A stretch of DNA of 62,620 nt, the filler included. It is 3 parts of 3 records of this genome, joined end to end, with 100 filler letters (N's around TTAATTAATTAA, not from the genome) between each part and the next. Parts side by side here need not be neighbours in the genome. Positions count along the whole stretch, not along the records: positions 1 to 30,194 come from SRR20825010_2850; 2 more parts are not named here. One strand, given 5' to 3'. Numbering within the stretch: the stretch's first letter is position 1; every line of letters begins with the position of its first letter. A model generated the notes under the pieces. It ran no database searches and was not told where the DNA came from. It was given only the letters and a program-made list of their open reading frames with translations. The position numbers and the translations under genes are program-made. Shown piece by piece: positions 20,730-29,903 of this stretch.

Positions 20730-20754
20730 GGGTTAAATATTTAAAACTAAAATC

Positions 20755-21801
20755 ATGAAAACAATTAAAATTTTATACCTGGCTTTTGTATTGATCTCCG
20801 TAATATCCTGTGATAAGGATTCCGTTGGCGACATCCCTAATGAACCTAAAGAAGTTGAATCCATTCCCAAAGATGGTGAACTTCCGGCCGAATCACTCTC
20901 ACTGGCATTTACCGTTCAGACCCAACAAGACCAAATGGGCGATTTTGCAGACAATGCCATGGTCTTGTTCAATGGTAAAGTATGGTCCGTTGGTGGTATC
21001 AACGCCTATTCGACCCCCAATTTATCCAGCGATGTCTGGAGCAGTGAAAACGGCAAAAACTGGGTTTCAGTGACAAACGATAAGTTTAGCGAACGCAAGG
21101 GCCATACGCTTACAGTTTACGATGACAAAATGTGGCTCATTGGTGGTGTAGACGATTTGGGTACCTTTTTAGGGGAAATATACTTTTCTACCGATGGAGT
21201 TAATTGGACCATGGTAACCGCCCTTAGCCCCACATTACTTACCCCTGCCTATCACAGCACTGTGGTTTTCAACAACAAACTTTACGTGATCATGGATGGC
21301 CTTGATGACCATGTCACTGTATTGTCATCCAGTGATGGTATAGATTGGAATATTGAAACCGATAATGCCTTTTCCAACAGGGAGGATTTTGAAGCCGTTG
21401 TTTTTGAGAATGCTATTTATGTCATTGGTGGCAAACATTTGGACAGCTCATTCAATGAAATATGGAAAAGCACCGATGGCATTGAATGGAATCTGGTTAC
21501 GCCCAGTACCGACATCTTTAGCCCTAGGTATTCACATACGGCAACGGTTCATAACAATAAGGTATGGATAGTTGGCGGTGTCACCGGGCCTTTAGAGGAG
21601 ACTCACATTGATTTTTGGTACTCTGAAAATATGGAGGATTGGACAGAATATGATGGTCCCTTACCTGCTACCGAAGGTCTTATTCAGCATGCGGCGCTGT
21701 CCTACAATGAGGAATTATGGCTCTTTGGAGGATTACAGCCAAATGCCTCCGGCTCGGCTTTTATAACAGGTGAGATTAGAAGTATTAAAGAAGAAGAATA
21801 A
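20755..21801 (+). CDS. Kelch-repeat beta-propeller lipoprotein
   Basis: Lipobox VISC-DKD; repeated KVW.VGG, KMWLIGG and IYVIGG kelch motifs with S.DG..W boxes. Confidence 0.85.
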   Translation: MKTIKILYLAFVLISVISCDKDSVGDIPNEPKEVESIPKDGELPAESLSLAFTVQTQQDQMGDFADNAMVLFNGKVWSVGGINAYSTPNLSSDVWSSENGKNWVSVTNDKFSERKGHTLTVYDDKMWLIGGVDDLGTFLGEIYFSTDGVNWTMVTALSPTLLTPAYHSTVVFNNKLYVIMDGLDDHVTVLSSSDGIDWNIETDNAFSNREDFEAVVFENAIYVIGGKHLDSSFNEIWKSTDGIEWNLVTPSTDIFSPRYSHTATVHNNKVWIVGGVTGPLEETHIDFWYSENMEDWTEYDGPLPATEGLIQHAALSYNEELWLFGGLQPNASGSAFITGEIRSIKEEE

Positions 21802-21809
21802 ATGTCAAT

Positions 21810-21838
21810 GTTAACCTATAGCATGACTTAAACATAAA
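21810..21838 (+). promoter_or_regulatory. Putative ECF-sigma promoter, copy 5
   Basis: GTTAACC-N16-CATAAA, 52 nt before ATG 21862. Confidence 0.7.
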
Positions 21839-21861
21839 TAGAAAACTCTAAAACCCTAGTT

Positions 21862-22353
21862 ATGAAATCAATATCCACAATTAAAATCGAAGTAAAAAAT
21901 ATTTGGAAAGTAGGACTGATGCTTTTGGTAATAGCAACCATTTTAAGTTGCAACAAAGACGACGATCCTGAAATGGAGGACGCGCATCTGGCCGAAAGTT
22001 CGCAAGAACTACTTATTGGCAAATGGTTTTATAATGTAACCTCAAATGGTGATGCATCTGCCTGTGAAGCACAATCGTATTACAATTTCACAGATACGCA
22101 AAAATTGGAATATCAACTTGTTATTGATGATTTTGGTCTTGTTGTAGGTGGTTACGAATTAATTGGTGATTGCTATGTTTCTCCTGTGACCTCAATAAAT
22201 TACAGCCTAAATACCGCCAACGAAATACAATTTTTAAATGAATATGAAGACACAATTAATTTAAAAATAGTATCCATTAACGAAACCACACTGGTATTTA
22301 CAAAAGGTACTTTAGACGATACAACCACTTATATTTTAATGAAAGAACTTTAA
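21862..22353 (+). CDS. Lipocalin-like-domain lipoprotein
   Basis: Lipobox ILSC-NKDDD; LLIGKW motif; KIVSINETTLV C-terminal strands. Confidence 0.72.
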   Translation: MKSISTIKIEVKNIWKVGLMLLVIATILSCNKDDDPEMEDAHLAESSQELLIGKWFYNVTSNGDASACEAQSYYNFTDTQKLEYQLVIDDFGLVVGGYELIGDCYVSPVTSINYSLNTANEIQFLNEYEDTINLKIVSINETTLVFTKGTLDDTTTYILMKEL

Positions 22354-22365
22354 AATAAAATAATT

Positions 22366-23448
22366 ATGAATACTATAAATAAAATAAAAAGAGACTCCGT
22401 ATTTAAAAGAGTAACCAAATATGCCATAATTATATTAGTATTGGGCTCCTTGCTTAATTGTCATAAAAATGATGATGATGTTGCTAACTCAATAGAAAAT
22501 CAATTATTAGGTAAATGGGAAGTTACTGGTGGCACCTTTTTAGAATCGCAACCTAAATATCTCATTTTCAATAGTAATAATACCGTAAATTTTTTAAGCG
22601 AACATAGTTTAGGTTTTAAGGCAAATGAAAATTTCGACTACACCGTTTCAGGATCTGAAATCAAGATAAATGTACAAGGCTTTTTCCCTTTTGAATTTAT
22701 TTTAGAGCAGAATACACTACAGATTATTCATGGTGATAATGCTTTGGAGTTAACAAAAAATAATTCGGCACCTACTTCAGACGATTGGGTAAAAAAGCTT
22801 TCTATATTAAGTAAAGGAGACCCTCCTTCTGGCGGTAAAGTAGATATAGCATTTACATACAATAAAACGGAAATCGTATATGGCATGGGCAGTGCTGCCA
22901 CCTATATTTCCCTTATAGATCCTGAAACATTTACAGAGGTTGGTTCCATAGAAACAACAAAAAAAGCAAAAGTTGTAGAAGTTGAAAACTTTGGTGCCCC
23001 GGATAGGTATCTTTTTCAAAGTGATGACAATTCCAATCTAGTTAGTGTTTACACAATGAATGATGGAGCATTTCAATTTACATTACAAGTAGACGATGAT
23101 ATATCTGGTATGGCTTCAGCTAATTCCGATTTTCTATGGGTTGTATCAAACAACAATGAAGGGAGTATCAATTTGGTAAATGTAGCAGATAACACTATCG
23201 AACAGTCAATCTCATTGGGTTATTATAATCTATACGGGATGGACTATCAAAATAACTTCATATATATTACTGATGGCAAATACTTACACAAATGCCAAAC
23301 AACACCAACATTTAAAGCTGTAACCTCTTATGAAGTATCTGATTTTGCTATGCAAGGTATTGCCTTCGATGGCACAAACTTCTGGGCAAGTGGTTTTGAC
23401 GATTTAGAGAGTGACTATAAACTGGTTAAGACCAATCTTACCTTATAA
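22366..23448 (+). CDS. Lipoprotein with an N-terminal lipocalin-like domain and a C-terminal beta-propeller
   Basis: Lipobox LLNC-HKNDDD; LLGKW; propeller-type GMDY.NNFIYI and GIAFDGTNFW repeats. Confidence 0.7.
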   Translation: MNTINKIKRDSVFKRVTKYAIIILVLGSLLNCHKNDDDVANSIENQLLGKWEVTGGTFLESQPKYLIFNSNNTVNFLSEHSLGFKANENFDYTVSGSEIKINVQGFFPFEFILEQNTLQIIHGDNALELTKNNSAPTSDDWVKKLSILSKGDPPSGGKVDIAFTYNKTEIVYGMGSAATYISLIDPETFTEVGSIETTKKAKVVEVENFGAPDRYLFQSDDNSNLVSVYTMNDGAFQFTLQVDDDISGMASANSDFLWVVSNNNEGSINLVNVADNTIEQSISLGYYNLYGMDYQNNFIYITDGKYLHKCQTTPTFKAVTSYEVSDFAMQGIAFDGTNFWASGFDDLESDYKLVKTNLTL

Positions 23449-23512
23449 CCTTCAAAATAAAAACAGCACCAAAAACATTCCTTATAAACCTGTTAATTTA
23501 AAATAAGTAATT

Positions 23513-24109
23513 ATGAAAACTGCAATTAAATCGTTAAGCTTAGTTATAGTATTAGTGGCCCTTACTTTTACATCATGCACCAAAGAAGGGGAAACAGGGC
23601 CTATGGGACCAGCGGGTATAAACGGAACCGATGGAACTGATGGGGAGGACGGAAACGATGGCAATGCCAATGTCATGGCCTCAGATTGGCTGGAACCTAC
23701 CGAAAGTTCTTATAGCGTTAACAATCCAAGATATAAGGCCTTACCTCTTGCAACAAATCTGAATTCAAGTTTATTGGAGGACGGGGTTATTCTTGTGTAC
23801 TATGATAATGACGTAGATATTTATCTCCTACCCAATCATATATTCGCTCCTGATGGCACTATATTAAAATCGATAGATTCAAAAATTAATCGTGCCTCCC
23901 GCAATATATATGTCAATATTCAACGTTCCGATTCCGATCTAACTCCAGGTGAATATCTCTGGGACCCAAGCGGTCCGCCATATGGGAAAGGAGTTCGATT
24001 TAGATATGTAATCGTTCCCTCCAACGCTGCTTCCGGTAAAAAGGCTGCAATCGACTACAAGAAAATGTCCTATGAAGATGTAATGGACCATTTCGGATTG
24101 GATTATTAA
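23513..24109 (+). CDS. Collagen-like (Gly-X-Y) lipoprotein A
   Basis: Lipobox FTSC-TKE; GETGPMGPAGINGTDGTDGEDGNDG; GNANV; C-terminal YEDVMDHFGLDY. Confidence 0.82.
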   Translation: MKTAIKSLSLVIVLVALTFTSCTKEGETGPMGPAGINGTDGTDGEDGNDGNANVMASDWLEPTESSYSVNNPRYKALPLATNLNSSLLEDGVILVYYDNDVDIYLLPNHIFAPDGTILKSIDSKINRASRNIYVNIQRSDSDLTPGEYLWDPSGPPYGKGVRFRYVIVPSNAASGKKAAIDYKKMSYEDVMDHFGLDY

Positions 24110-24132
24110 TAACCATTATTTGACAACAAATT

Positions 24133-24162
24133 AAAAAGCCGAGGATCTCACTCGGTTTTTTT
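24133..24162 (+). terminator. Intrinsic terminator
   Basis: GCCGAG-GATCTCA-CTCGGT followed by a T-tract. Confidence 0.8.
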
Positions 24163-24172
24163 ATGTACCAAT

Positions 24173-24200
24173 GTTAACCTTTTAGTTAGGCCACCATTAA
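24173..24200 (+). promoter_or_regulatory. Putative ECF-sigma promoter, copy 6
   Basis: GTTAACC-N15-CATTAA, 55 nt before ATG 24228 and just after a terminator. Confidence 0.72.
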
Positions 24201-24227
24201 AACATAGAAACCATAAAAATTACGGTC

Positions 24228-25736
24228 ATGAAAATCTATAAATCAATTTTGGGAATTTTAATACTACTTATAACAACTATGGGCTGCCAGAAAGATGATG
24301 ACGGTACCATTTATTTAAGTGATGCCAAACAAATAACAGCCTTCAAAATCTTGAAAACCGAAAACCCTTCCTTGACGCAGGACATTATAGGTACAATTGA
24401 TCAGGATACCAGAACCATAACCGCCATGGCTCCAAATAGCACCGACTTAAATGGTCTTGTCCCCAGTATACAAGTATCATCAAAGGCATCCATTAACCCG
24501 ATGGCAAGTCAAGATTTTGGCAACACTGTAATTTATACGGTTACCGCTGAGGATAAAACTACGGTAGCCTATGAAGTAAAGATACAAGTTGCCCAGAATA
24601 GCGAAAAGAAAATAAGGTATTTCAATTTTGTACCCGCCGATAACCCAACATTGACGGCCACTATAGTTTGTACAATTGACGAAGATTCAAAATTGATTAC
24701 TGCAACTATTCCCAACAATGTAGACCTGTCCTCCATGACTCCCGAGATTGGGCTATCTCCTGGGGCCACAATAGACCCTACTGGAGTCCAAAATTTCACG
24801 GGAAAAGTGACTTACACGACAACTGCAGAAGACGGTTCAACCAATATTTATGAGGTTCAATTAACCAACCTCGCTACCAAACAAAAAACTGTTTTGGAAG
24901 ATATCTTAAGTACAAATCCAGGAAACACTCTAGGTTGGGATTTAAGTACCTCAGATTTAAGTACTTTGGAGGGCGTGTATACCTGGGAAACAGGAGAAAT
25001 ATATAGGATAGACCTTTCTGGAAAGGGCATAAAGGTAATACCCACAGCCGTAGGTGAACTTAAGTACTTGAGCTTCCTTAAACTTTCCGATAACAATATT
25101 GATTTTATACCCGAGGAGATAGGATTATTAACCAATTTATCAAGCTTATATGTAGACAACAATATGCTTGACGCATTACCGGCTGCACTTTGGACAATTA
25201 CAGGACTTAGGAATCTGGGGTTAAATAGCAATAATTTAACTTCCCTACCCAATGAAATTGGCTCGCTATCAAATTTAGGACAGCTTAATATCTCAAATAA
25301 TAATATACAATCAATTCCGGCAACAGTTGGGAACTTTACCCAATTGACCTATTTGAATTTTAGCTCCAACAACATTGAAGCCCTGCCCACAGAAATAGGA
25401 CAACTTTCAAATCTGCAATATTTTTATGCTACGGACAATGAGTTGACCAATCTTCCCGAATCAGTTTGGGATTTAGGGAGCATTCAATATTTCTCGATAG
25501 GTAGCAACAATTTCTCTACCTTACCCAATGAAGTAGGACAACTTACGGCTTTGATAGAACTAAATATATCAGACAATAACCTAACAGCCCTTCCCTCTTC
25601 CATAGGAGAACTCATTAACCTGGATGAGTTGGATTTGCGCACCAACAGTTTTACATCAATACCTCAGGCTGTTTGTGATCTGGAACCTGACCATGGCACC
25701 CAAATTCATAAAGATGAAAGTGTTAGCTGCGAATAA
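24228..25736 (+). CDS. Lipoprotein with two Ig-like (DUF5018-like) repeats and leucine-rich repeats
   Basis: Lipobox TMGC-QKDDD; duplicated TID..TITA..YTVTAED and YTTTAED units; LRRs LxxLxLxxNxLxxLPxxIG. Confidence 0.87.
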   Translation: MKIYKSILGILILLITTMGCQKDDDGTIYLSDAKQITAFKILKTENPSLTQDIIGTIDQDTRTITAMAPNSTDLNGLVPSIQVSSKASINPMASQDFGNTVIYTVTAEDKTTVAYEVKIQVAQNSEKKIRYFNFVPADNPTLTATIVCTIDEDSKLITATIPNNVDLSSMTPEIGLSPGATIDPTGVQNFTGKVTYTTTAEDGSTNIYEVQLTNLATKQKTVLEDILSTNPGNTLGWDLSTSDLSTLEGVYTWETGEIYRIDLSGKGIKVIPTAVGELKYLSFLKLSDNNIDFIPEEIGLLTNLSSLYVDNNMLDALPAALWTITGLRNLGLNSNNLTSLPNEIGSLSNLGQLNISNNNIQSIPATVGNFTQLTYLNFSSNNIEALPTEIGQLSNLQYFYATDNELTNLPESVWDLGSIQYFSIGSNNFSTLPNEVGQLTALIELNISDNNLTALPSSIGELINLDELDLRTNSFTSIPQAVCDLEPDHGTQIHKDESVSCE

Positions 25737-25769
25737 TAAAATCAGGACATCCATGGTAAATAGCATTTT

Positions 25770-25798
25770 AAACCGAAGTAGGCACTTCGGTTTTTTTT
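25770..25798 (+). terminator. Intrinsic terminator
   Basis: CCGAAGT-AGGC-ACTTCGG followed by T8. Confidence 0.85.
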
Positions 25799-25806
25799 GC
25801 TCTGGT

Positions 25807-25834
25807 GTTAACCTTTTCAACTCAGAATCATAAA
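25807..25834 (+). promoter_or_regulatory. Putative ECF-sigma promoter, copy 7
   Basis: GTTAACC-N15-CATAAA, 56 nt before ATG 25863 and just after a terminator. Confidence 0.72.
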
Positions 25835-25862
25835 AGGTAAACAATCTCTAAAAAAAGAAATT

Positions 25863-26438
25863 ATGAAAACTGCAATGAAATATTTAGGCTTAGTTATCGC
25901 TGTAATAGCCCTTACTTTTACATCATGCACTAAAGATGGCGAAATAGGGCCTATGGGTCCTGCGGGTCAAGATGGGCAGGATGGGAATGCCAACATAAGT
26001 GTTCTTACCTATGACCTTTCCGATATTAATTCATCTGATTATATCCTTGAAATACCAGAACTCACCCAAAGTGCTATGGACAATGATCTTATTCTGGGCT
26101 ACATAACTACACACAGTGCCGTATATCCAATACCACAAAGAATGGTATATATTGAAGTTACTAATTCCTCCAACCACGTGATTCAAACATTGTATATAGA
26201 TATTGTTGTGCAAATGGCTCCCCAGATGTACAAACTTTACTTTTATCGCCCAACAACCCAAATTTTGTCAGGTTTACAGCCCAATAGCATTAAAAGCCTT
26301 AAAATAATTATTGCCCCTTCCTCAAATAACACATCAGGAAAATCCGAAGGGACAAATATGCGATCACAACTTAAGAATGCAGGTGTCGACATTAATGATT
26401 ACCACGCAGTTATGGATTATTATGGGCTCGAATATTAA
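25863..26438 (+). CDS. Collagen-like lipoprotein B (paralog of 23513-24109)
   Basis: Near-identical signal peptide MKTA..LTFTSCTK.GE.GPMGPAG; GNANI; C-terminal YHAVMDYYGLEY. Confidence 0.82.
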   Translation: MKTAMKYLGLVIAVIALTFTSCTKDGEIGPMGPAGQDGQDGNANISVLTYDLSDINSSDYILEIPELTQSAMDNDLILGYITTHSAVYPIPQRMVYIEVTNSSNHVIQTLYIDIVVQMAPQMYKLYFYRPTTQILSGLQPNSIKSLKIIIAPSSNNTSGKSEGTNMRSQLKNAGVDINDYHAVMDYYGLEY

Positions 26439-26458
26439 CTCTTTTGCCACATAAAAAC

Positions 26459-26488
26459 AAAAAACCGAGGCTTACACCTCGGTTTTTT
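26459..26488. terminator. Intrinsic terminator ending the lipoprotein array, overlapping the lipB stop
   Basis: A6-CCGAGG-CTTACA-CCTCGG-T6. Confidence 0.8.
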
Positions 26489-27194
26489 GTTTTATAATTT
26501 CTGCTTCAAAAAGCGTTTCAAAATGCTTCAGCAGCTTTTGTTTCACCTCGTTCATATCCACTTCCTTTTTACCTAGCTCTACATTCAACGAAGTTACCGC
26601 TTTGCCTTTGATCCCACAGGGAATCATCAGATCAAAATAGCCCAGATCGGCATTTACGTTCAAGGCAAAACCATGCATGGTAACCCACCGACTGGCACGT
26701 ACGCCCATGGCACAGATCTTTCTGGCGAATGGGGTGCCTACGTCCAACCAAACTCCGGTTTCCCCTTTGGAACGCTCAGCCTTAAGACCGTAGTCGGCCA
26801 AGGTAAGAATCACCATCTCTTCCAAAAACCTGAGGTATTTATGAATGTCTGTAAAGAAATTATCAAGATCCAGAATAGGGTAACCCACAATCTGTCCAGG
26901 CCCGTGATAGGTGATGTCCCCACCCCTGTTTATTTTGTAGAATTTTGCGCCTTTTTCGGTAAGTACGTTTTCATCTACCAATAGGTTATCCATATCCCCG
27001 CTTTTACCCAAAGTATATACATGCGGATGCTCTACAAACAAAAAATGATTGGGCGTTTCCAGCTGGGAGCCCTCCCTCCTATTCTTAATTTTTAAGTCCA
27101 AAATAGACTGGAACAATTCTTCCTGGTAATCCCAAGTATCCTTGTAATCCTTGTGCCCCAAATCTTTAATTTCTACTACTTTATTTCTTTTCAC
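26472..27194 (-). CDS. lipB: Lipoyl(octanoyl) transferase LipB
   Basis: EHPHVYTLG, RGGDITYHGPGQ, KICAMG, HGFALNV and IPCG motifs. Confidence 0.96.
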   Translation of the reverse strand: MKRNKVVEIKDLGHKDYKDTWDYQEELFQSILDLKIKNRREGSQLETPNHFLFVEHPHVYTLGKSGDMDNLLVDENVLTEKGAKFYKINRGGDITYHGPGQIVGYPILDLDNFFTDIHKYLRFLEEMVILTLADYGLKAERSKGETGVWLDVGTPFARKICAMGVRASRWVTMHGFALNVNADLGYFDLMIPCGIKGKAVTSLNVELGKKEVDMNEVKQKLLKHFETLFEAEIIKQKTEV

Positions 27195-27240
27195 GCTTCA
27201 AAAATATAAATATCGTTCTGAAAATGATCAATTTTCCTTT

Positions 27241-27737
27241 CCCCAACCCTAAAGGGAGGGAAAATTATCAACTCCTTTTAAAATTTTTATCAACTTCTCT
27301 GTTATCTTACTAAAATTATTGTCTATTTCTTGATTGTCAAACCTAATCACTTTCAGCCCATAACTTTCCAAAATACTTGTTCTATCATTATCATATTCCA
27401 AATTCGATTTATGTTGTTTTCCGTCCAGCTCAATGAGAAATTTAGCTTGATGACAATAAAAGTCGAGTATGTAGTCATTGAACGGATGCTGCCTTCGAAA
27501 TTTGAATCCATGTGGTTTAACCTTCAAGAATTCCCATAATTTTTCTTCTTGTGGAGTTTGTGTCCTTCGTAATAAATCCGCGTAAGAAAACTTATCGGCC
27601 TTAGCACCTGCATGCATTCCTTCTTCTTCTAACGACCTGTTTTTACTACACATAAATTGGATCTATACCCTAAGTTTTTCCCGATAAACGACCTCAATTC
27701 CTTTAAATGGAAAAAACCTCACCCTTCAGGGTTGGGG
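27241..27737. mobile_element. Putative small DUF559 insertion element bounded by 16-bp inverted repeats
   Basis: CCCCAACCCTAAAGGG (27241-27256) vs CCCTTCAGGGTTGGGG (27722-27737), 15/16 inverted match; lies between a lipB 5' remnant and intact lipB. Confidence 0.55.
27249..27653 (-). CDS. DUF559 (Vsr-like PD-(D/E)xK) endonuclease-domain protein
   Basis: LRR.QTPQEEKLW, FRRQHP, YILDFYC, IELDG.QH, D..R...L...G..VIRF.N motifs. Confidence 0.9.
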   Translation of the reverse strand: MCSKNRSLEEEGMHAGAKADKFSYADLLRRTQTPQEEKLWEFLKVKPHGFKFRRQHPFNDYILDFYCHQAKFLIELDGKQHKSNLEYDNDRTSILESYGLKVIRFDNQEIDNNFSKITEKLIKILKGVDNFPSL

Positions 27738-27767
27738 CATGGTTTTTTCGGACTTGCCCGTTATAGA

Positions 27768-27821
27768 TTATTCCTTGTAATCCTTATGTCCCAAATCTTC
27801 TAAGAGAATACTTTTGTTCAT
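27768..27821 (-). pseudogene. Truncated 5' remnant of a second lipB allele (17 codons)
   Basis: Translates MNKSILLEDLGHKDYKE-stop, matching the lipB N-terminus DLGHKDYK; preceded by TATCTTTG (27833-27826). Confidence 0.75.
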
Positions 27822-27865
27822 CCTGCAAAGATACAAACTCCCACCATAAAGCAAACTACACGCTT

Positions 27866-28021
27866 TTAGTTCGGATTGTTAAGGATGATCAAGGCGGCGA
27901 TAACACCGGGCACCCACCCGCAAAGGGTAAGCAGAAAAACGATAATAAAAGATCCGCACCCCTTGCCAATTACGGCCAAGGGTGGGAAAATAATGGCCAA
28001 CAAGACCCTAAAACAGCCCAT
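27866..28021 (-). CDS. YqaE/Pmp3-family small membrane proteolipid (51 aa, absent from the ORF track)
   Basis: Hand translation MGCFRVLLAIIFPPLAVIGKGCGSFIIVFLLTLCGWVPGVIAALIILNNPN with the PPLAV and LLTL.GW.PG.I.A family motifs. Confidence 0.9.
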   Translation of the reverse strand: MGCFRVLLAIIFPPLAVIGKGCGSFIIVFLLTLCGWVPGVIAALIILNNPN

Positions 28022-28211
28022 GCTTTTTTCGATTTTTGATTGATGCCGTCCTTTGGCGGGACAGATGTACCAATAAGACTAAAAAACAGACATTTTGTTA
28101 CAAGGAATTGGGAATATTTTGAATACACTGTTTTGAAAACAATCAATTCCAATTTTTGGATTGATAGATTAACGCAGAGTGCCTATATTTGCAGCCTTAA
28201 TTTATAAGAAT

Positions 28212-29903
28212 ATGCAACTTTCGGAACAAGAAGTAATTAGAAGGGAAAAACTTGGCAAGTTACGGGAATTGGGCATCGACCCCTATCCCGCAGCACTTTA
28301 CCCAGTAAATAGCACTTCTAAAAATGCCAAGGAGAATTATGAGGAAGGCAAAAAGGTAGTTCTTTCCGGAAGGCTTATGTCCAGAAGAATCCAAGGCAAG
28401 GCTTCCTTTGCGGAACTACAGGACAGCGAAGGCCGTATTCAGGTCTATTTCAACAGGGACGAAATTTGTACTGGGGATGACAAGACCTTGTACAATGATG
28501 TGTATAAGAAATTATTGGACATTGGTGACATTATTGGCGTAGAAGGGGAGCTTTTCACCACTCAGGTGGGCGAGAAAACCGTCATGGTCAGGAATTTTAC
28601 CTTGCTTAGTAAATCCCTACGACCTTTACCCTTGCCAAAAGTGGATGCCGAGGGTAAAGTCTACGATGAATTTAACGACCCAGAATTGCGCTACCGACAG
28701 AGATATGTGGATTTGGTAGTGAACCCAAGCGTTAAGAAAAATTTTATAAAGCGTACCAAGATCACCAATAGTATGCGTCAGTTTTTTAACGATGCCGGCT
28801 ATTTGGAGGTAGAAACCCCAATACTACAACCCATTCCGGGCGGGGCTGCGGCACGTCCGTTTATGACCCACCATAACGCCTTGAACATCCCTTTATATTT
28901 AAGGGTAGCGAATGAACTTTACCTAAAAAGATTGATTGTTGGTGGCTTTGATGGTGTTTACGAATTTGCCAAGGATTTTAGGAACGAAGGTATGGATCGT
29001 ACCCATAACCCTGAGTTTACCGTTATGGAGCTTTATGTGGCCTACAAGGATTACAATTGGATGATGGACATGACCGAAAAGCTTTTGGAAAAGGTGGCTA
29101 TCGATTCCAACGGCACATCCAAAGTAACCGTAGGCAAAAATGAGATAGAATTTAAGGCCCCTTACCCTAGGGTCCCCATTTTGGAAGCCATTAAAATCCA
29201 TACCGGTTTTGATGTAGCCGGGATGAACGAGGTGGAACTTAGGGAGGTTGCCAAAAAATTAAATATTGAGGTGGATGATAGTATGGGAGTTGGCAAGCTT
29301 ATCGATGAGATTTTCGGTGAAAAATGTGAACATCACTACGTACAGCCCACCTTTATCACAGATTACCCCAAAGAAATGAGTCCTTTGTGCAAGGAGCACA
29401 GGGACAATCCCGCATTAACGGAACGTTTTGAACTGATGGTAAACGGAAAGGAATTGGCCAATGCCTATTCCGAGCTAAACGATCCCATTGACCAGCGTGA
29501 AAGGTTCGAGGAACAACTTCAACTTTCGGAAAAAGGGGACGACGAGGCCATGTTCATTGATCAAGATTTCCTTAGGGCCCTGGAATACGGAATGCCCCCA
29601 ACAAGTGGCATCGGTATCGGTATAGATCGATTGGTAATGTTGATGACCAACAATGCCTCCATACAAGAAGTTCTTTTCTTCCCACAAATGAGACCGGAGA
29701 AGAAACAAGTAGAGCTTAGCGAGGAAGAAAAGGAAATCCTTGCCATTTTAAAGCCGGAAGGCAAAATGGCACTGGATGAGCTTAAAACCAAAGCAGGCTT
29801 AAGTGGAAAAAAATGGGACAAATCCATGAAGGCCCTTTCCAAGCACGAGTTGATCAAGGTAGCCACCGAGGGCGATACTAAAATGGTGCTGCTAAAGAAA
29901 TAA
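28212..29903 (+). CDS. lysS: Lysine--tRNA ligase (class II) with a C-terminal extension
   Basis: OB-fold, [26 protein letters not shown] and LEYGMPP motifs; TATATTTG promoter at 28184-28191 supports ATG 28212. Confidence 0.97.
   Translation: MQLSEQEVIRREKLGKLRELGIDPYPAALYPVNSTSKNAKENYEEGKKVVLSGRLMSRRIQGKASFAELQDSEGRIQVYFNRDEICTGDDKTLYNDVYKKLLDIGDIIGVEGELFTTQVGEKTVMVRNFTLLSKSLRPLPLPKVDAEGKVYDEFNDPELRYRQRYVDLVVNPSVKKNFIKRTKITNSMRQFFNDAGYLEVETPILQPIPGGAAARPFMTHHNALNIPLYLRVANELYLKRLIVGGFDGVYEFAKDFRNEGMDRTHNPEFTVMELYVAYKDYNWMMDMTEKLLEKVAIDSNGTSKVTVGKNEIEFKAPYPRVPILEAIKIHTGFDVAGMNEVELREVAKKLNIEVDDSMGVGKLIDEIFGEKCEHHYVQPTFITDYPKEMSPLCKEHRDNPALTERFELMVNGKELANAYSELNDPIDQRERFEEQLQLSEKGDDEAMFIDQDFLRALEYGMPPTSGIGIGIDRLVMLMTNNASIQEVLFFPQMRPEKKQVELSEEEKEILAILKPEGKMALDELKTKAGLSGKKWDKSMKALSKHELIKVATEGDTKMVLLKK

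Noticed and set aside
23444-23480. TATAACC upstream of collagen-like gene A as a motif copy
   Set aside because: No -10 element at the correct spacing; the gene is more simply co-transcribed from the 21810 copy
20755-26488. Lipoprotein array as integron cassettes or a DGR target
   Set aside because: No integrase, attC-like sites, reverse transcriptase or template/variable repeat pair seen; the hairpins are ordinary terminators
27970-28152. 60-aa minus-strand ORF
   Set aside because: No recognisable features; overlaps the YqaE/Pmp3 gene in another frame
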